Below are positions 59,068 to 64,000 of a DNA stretch of 64,000 nt, piece by piece (positions within the stretch are counted from its first letter, which is position 1; each line of letters starts with the position of its first letter). Below the pieces are notes generated by a model. That model did no database searches, was not told the origin of the DNA, and was given only the letters and a program-made list of their open reading frames with translations. The DNA is from Nemertoderma westbladi (lineage: Eukaryota > Animalia > Xenacoelomorpha). Where the stretch lies: the NCBI GenBank assembly GCA_032718475.1, contig JAUCBJ010007821.1, positions 62,001 through 126,000 on the forward strand, given 5' to 3'. A program made the translations under genes and the position numbers.

Positions 59068-62000
59068 ATGGGTGATATCTTAGCGACATCACTAGAAGGA
59101 CCAAGACTGGAACCAACGAAATTCAGTGGAAACCCAGCAGAATTCATATCGTTTAAAGCGCATTTTATCGCACAAGTGGATAGCAAAAACGTCCCCATAA
59201 CTACAAAAATGCGACGTCTGTTAACCTACCTATCTGGGAAAGCGTTACAGAACGTCAAACATTATGAAGGAGTGGACGACGGATATCAACGTGCGTGGGA
59301 CGTGTTGGAAAAGAACTTTGGCAACCCATCAGCTGTAATGAAATCTGTGATACATAATGTCACTAAATGCAGATTCCCGATTACAACAGACTCAGATGTC
59401 GAAGAATATTCAGATGATATCAGACAAAGCCTGGAAATACTGGAAAGCCTGGAATTGTCCGCATGCACTAAACAGCACCGACAATATGAGTAAAGTTGTT
59501 ATGAATTTGGACTTTTCAGCTCGACAAAAATGGGTGTTCGAAGCGCAAAAATTCCGGATACAACATGGGACCGAACCCGGCATGTATGAGTTCGCAGACT
59601 GGATGTAGAAATATGCCGACAGAGTTAAGGATCCTCTATACGGCAACCTTGAGGCTAAGGAACTTTCATCTGTCCAAATGGGAGAATCCTAAACTGGAAT
59701 ACATCCATCTATGGCGCAGAAAAAGACCATTATAGCGTTGCGGAAAGGAAAAGCAGAAAAATTAAACCAAAAATCTGCTACAAAACCTAAAACAATCCCA
59801 ACGGTTCACAGTCTAGCCATCCAGTCCCAAGAAGGAGAAGAGAATGTTTGCGAGAGTGAACATATTGATGACAAAGACGATAAAGAGGACATCTACTCAA
59901 GTTATGATAATTTCTGGACAACTAATCCACATATTGACGCATTTGCAACAACATGGTCTGCCGAACCTATAAGGATCTTTCCAAATGGACTAGTCCAACA
60001 ATGTTATGTATGCAGTTGAAAACATCGTGTGAATCAGTGTCTAAAATTCCAAAGCCTCTCACATAAAGTAAAGAGAAGTATGACACATGCTTCCGTCTAC
60101 GACTCTGTTTGGGGTTTGAAGTCAAGGGTTCAGACACTTCCGGAAACACTGTAAATCCTTGGAGAAATATCGGTGTTCTAGAACAACTAAAGAAGGCATG
60201 TGCCGAGAAGCACATAGCCCGTATTTACATCCGGAACCAGCTGACACAAACGATAAATTCCGATGGTTAACAGACAAATATAAAAGAGTCCCGAGTGGAC
60301 CCACAACACCGTATGAAGCATGGTTGAAACTTCATCCAGAGAGTAAGGATAAAAAGAATATCACAAAACTTCTTCCGCCACCGCCGACTAAATACTACCT
60401 CGTCGTTCAATTAAATTATTATGAGGACGCAACACTCTACACAACGCCTCCGACTAATAACGACGAGATTACGGCGATGGGAGCCTCCTTCCAGTGGGCC
60501 CCCAAAAAGCGAGCAGTGGTATTCCTAACGATCATTCCTATACAAGTCAAAAACTGCATCACAAACACAATCGTAACAACTTATGCGTTCTTCGACAATG
60601 GTTCAACAGGGACCTTTATAGACAGATGTTTAGCCAACCAGCTGGGATTACCCCTGAACGAGACTACTATCTGTATCAACACCATGGCCGATAAGAAAAC
60701 ATTCAACACTCATCTAACAACATGTGGTGTACAACCTTTGGTTGATACAAAAGATGTCGAACCATACATCTTACAGGATATCATCGTGTTTGAAAACCTA
60801 AAAATCGACTACAATCGACTGTCAGAATGGCCTCTCGAGAATATCGAACATCCAACATCAAGATACCAGACGACGGCATGGAAATTGATAAGGTTTCAAT
60901 ACTTATTGGTATCAACTTCCCACTTTTACATACAGTACTCGATGGAGTATGGGGTGATTCCAAGGTTAATCAAGAACACCTTCCCCACACAGAATTAACA
61001 CCCCTTGGATGGGTGTGGTAGGTCCGTTTGAACCACAATACATACCTGTGACGTCAAACTACTATAACAATGTCATACAGGAAGGTCCAAAAGAAGATGA
61101 ACACGCAGCGACATGCCCGTGTTATGACGAGATAGTCCCGATGCCCATTCTGAAGAAACAACTAATTAAATATTGGGATTTGGAACATTTCGAGGTACCA
61201 ACAAAGGATAAATCTCGCTCAGTGGAAGACACAAAATCATTAAAGATGATGGAACGAGATACAACCTTTGAAAATGGCCACTACTACGTCCCTATGTTAT
61301 GGAGAGATAAACAAAAACCTCTTATACCAAACCTCGCACTAGCGATCAAAATGTTACGATGGACAAAAACTAGATTGCGAAAAACGCCACTGAATCGGAA
61401 CAATTCCAAACCAAAATGGAAGAGTTCATATCCAAAGGAATAGGACAATATCTGACGGAGGTAGAAATATTGAATCCTGACCCCCGATGATACTACATTC
61501 CTACCCACTACGTTCTAGAAACCAACAAAAACAACAAATTACGTATGGTATTGGACGCTGCAGCAACATGGAAAGGCCATAGCCTCAACTCTGAACTAAT
61601 GGCTGGACCCAATTTGTTCAACACGATAGTGTCAATTTTGATGCAATTCAGAGTCTACCCCGTCGCCTTCTGTTTAGATCTAGAAGCGATGTTCCATCAA
61701 GTCAAGATATACCCAGCAGATGCTGTATCCCAAACCATATTATGGTATGATGGAAATTAGGAACCTGAATCCATAACAGACTATAAACACATTCAGATGA
61801 ACGCGAAGATGTTTGGCACCACCGATGCCCCATCTACAACGACCTTCCCACTGAAAAGGACAGGAAGCGAAAACGCCCACAGATATCCCGCCAATGTAAA
61901 TGGGACGATCCAAAAACCTTTTCTACGTGGACGATGGACTCACAGGCAAATAGGTAAAGAAGGCGGTACTATTGGCGTATAATCTAATAGACTGTCTAAG

Positions 62001-63514
62001 GAGAGGAGGATTCAATGCAACCAAATTCCTATCGAACTCGCGACAATTTCTCAACAATATACCAGCAGACAAAGTTGCGAAAGGAATTCTAGATCTGGAT
62101 TTGGACGAAATGCCGTTGACAAGGGCATTAGGAGTAAAATGGTGGCCTGAAGAAGACGCGTTCACCATCGCAGTTAAACTGCAGATGATGATAAACCAAG
62201 AACAGACAACGAAGCGGATCTCTCCATCATTATGTCCATATACGATCCACTAGGATTCGTTGCACCCATCGCGTTACAAGGAAAGATCATGTTCCAGAAA
62301 TGTTGGATAGACAAACTGGATTGGGATAAACAACTACCACCAGCATTACTAACCGACTGGATAAAGTGGATTTCCCAACTAGAAATCCTTACAGAATTGC
62401 AGATACCCCGTCTGTATTTCCCGATAATTCAAGATACTCCAATATACGAGATACATCAATTCTGCGATGCCAGCGAAACTGGTTACGGCACCGTTTCGTA
62501 CCTTCGTTGTGTGGGTGGGGAGAGTGAGCCTATTCAAACTAGGCTCGTATTTTCTAGAACAAGACCAGCACCCATATCTACACAAACGGTACCCAGGATG
62601 GAGTTATCAGCAGCAGTACTCGCAGTCAAAGCGCACGCCGAGGTGATCAGTGTATTGGAACTCAAAATCGAACAAAACTATTTCGATTCGGACTCAGAGG
62701 TGGTGCTATGTCAACTATCAAACGAGTCAAGACGCTTCATAACCTTTGTAGCGAACCATATAGAGGAAGTGAGAAGGTTCACCGAGATAAGACAATGAAG
62801 ATATGTTCCCACAGAAATGAATCCAACAGACTGTGCAAGCCGCGGATTATTCCCGGAAGAGTTTATAACAAGGTTCCACAACTTTTGGTTCTACGGACCA
62901 GAATTCCTCAGACTCCCAGACAAAGAGTGGCCTTCAGAAATTGTTAACGGCCCTCATAAAGGAAAGAAACCAGAGGAGGTGGACGACTATAAACCTGACA
63001 AAGAGAAGCATGTCACGGCGACATATGCGACAACAGCAACAGATGATGAATATCCCATAGATAAAATCCTGGCTGGAAATCCTGGCTTTCACCACCATTA
63101 TGAAACATCTACAAGCTAAACACTTTGCGTCGACTATAATTGATTTGGAAAGGAAAGAACATCCAGATGGTTAAGAATAATCCGCTACGGAAGCTATGTC
63201 TGTTTCTTGACCCCCTTGGAGTCATAAGATGCAATACATGTTTCCTATATCCGGAACTGGATTACAATGAGAAGTTTCCCATACTGTTACCAAATGAGTC
63301 GCCGATTACAACAGCTGTAGTCAGAGGGGCACATCAGGATATCACCCACCAGGGATTTGACTACACCATGTATAAGGTGCGAAGACGTTTCTAGAATTTC
63401 AAGCTAAGATCTAAAGTGAAACAAGTGATACGCACCTGCGTTAAATGCCAAAGGAAATGGGGTAAAGCGGGCTCACAATTAATGGCCCCGCTACCATGGA
63501 ACAGGAACATGGAA
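59068..63514 (+). mobile_element. Degenerate BEL/Pao element (gag-PR-RT-RNase H-integrase Zn finger), both ends replaced by satellites
   Basis: KFSGNPAEF..K...LL.YLSGKA; AFFDNGSTGTFI; YYVPMLW; VLDAAA..SLNSELMAGP; YVDD; HQFCDAS; many stops and frameshifts. Confidence 0.9.
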
Positions 63515-64000
63515 CCTCCCACCGAGACCAGCCCATGCCCAAAACCAATGTCCCTCCCACCGAGACAAGCCCCATCCCCAAAACCAATGTCCCTCCCACC
63601 GAGACCAGCCCCATCCCCAAAACCAATGTCCCTCCCACCGAGACCAACCCCATCCCCAAAACCAATGTCCCTCCCACCGAGACCAGCCCTATCCCCAAAA
63701 CCAATGACCCTCCCACCGAGACCAGCCCCATCCCCAAAACCAATGTCCCACCCACCGAGACCAGCCCCATCCCCAAAACCAATCATACTCCCACCGAGAC
63801 AAGCCCCATCACATAAACCAATGTCCCTCCCACCGAGACCAGCCCTATCCCCAAAACCAATGACCCTCCCACCGAGACCAGCCCCATCCCCAAAACCAAT
63901 GTCCCACCCACCGAGACCAGCCCCATCCCCAAAACCAATCATACTCCCACCGAGACAAGCCCCATCACATAAACCAATGTCCCTCCCACCGAGACAAGCC
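63515..64000 (+). repeat. 39-bp satellite (family C), running off the right edge
   Basis: Same unit and same left junction as 39741. Confidence 0.96.

Overview
Eukaryotic (metazoan, probably invertebrate) repeat-rich DNA; no prokaryotic features and no CRISPR. There are two host genes, both on the minus strand. One is a mitochondrial 2-oxoglutarate dehydrogenase E1 (OGDH-like, ~1008 aa) with a single 1.6-kb intron. The other is a compact Stealth-family GlcNAc-1-phosphotransferase (GNPTAB-like) whose only interruption is an 876-bp hAT-type TIR element with an 8-bp TSD. That element supplies in-frame GT/AG splice sites and is a candidate transposon-born intron. A kelch-repeat fragment is also present. 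The rest is nested mobile DNA: a five-level nest (LINE > hAT > LINE > Academ > two related solo LTRs), a CR1/L2-group LINE with a 2A-like StopGo motif, several BEL/Pao remnants, a Copia remnant, RTE fragments, SINE-like elements and many MITEs. Three 38-39 bp satellite families sit mostly at retroelement breakpoints; two of them are both 38 bp and share a core motif. All calls come from manual reading, and no database searches were run.
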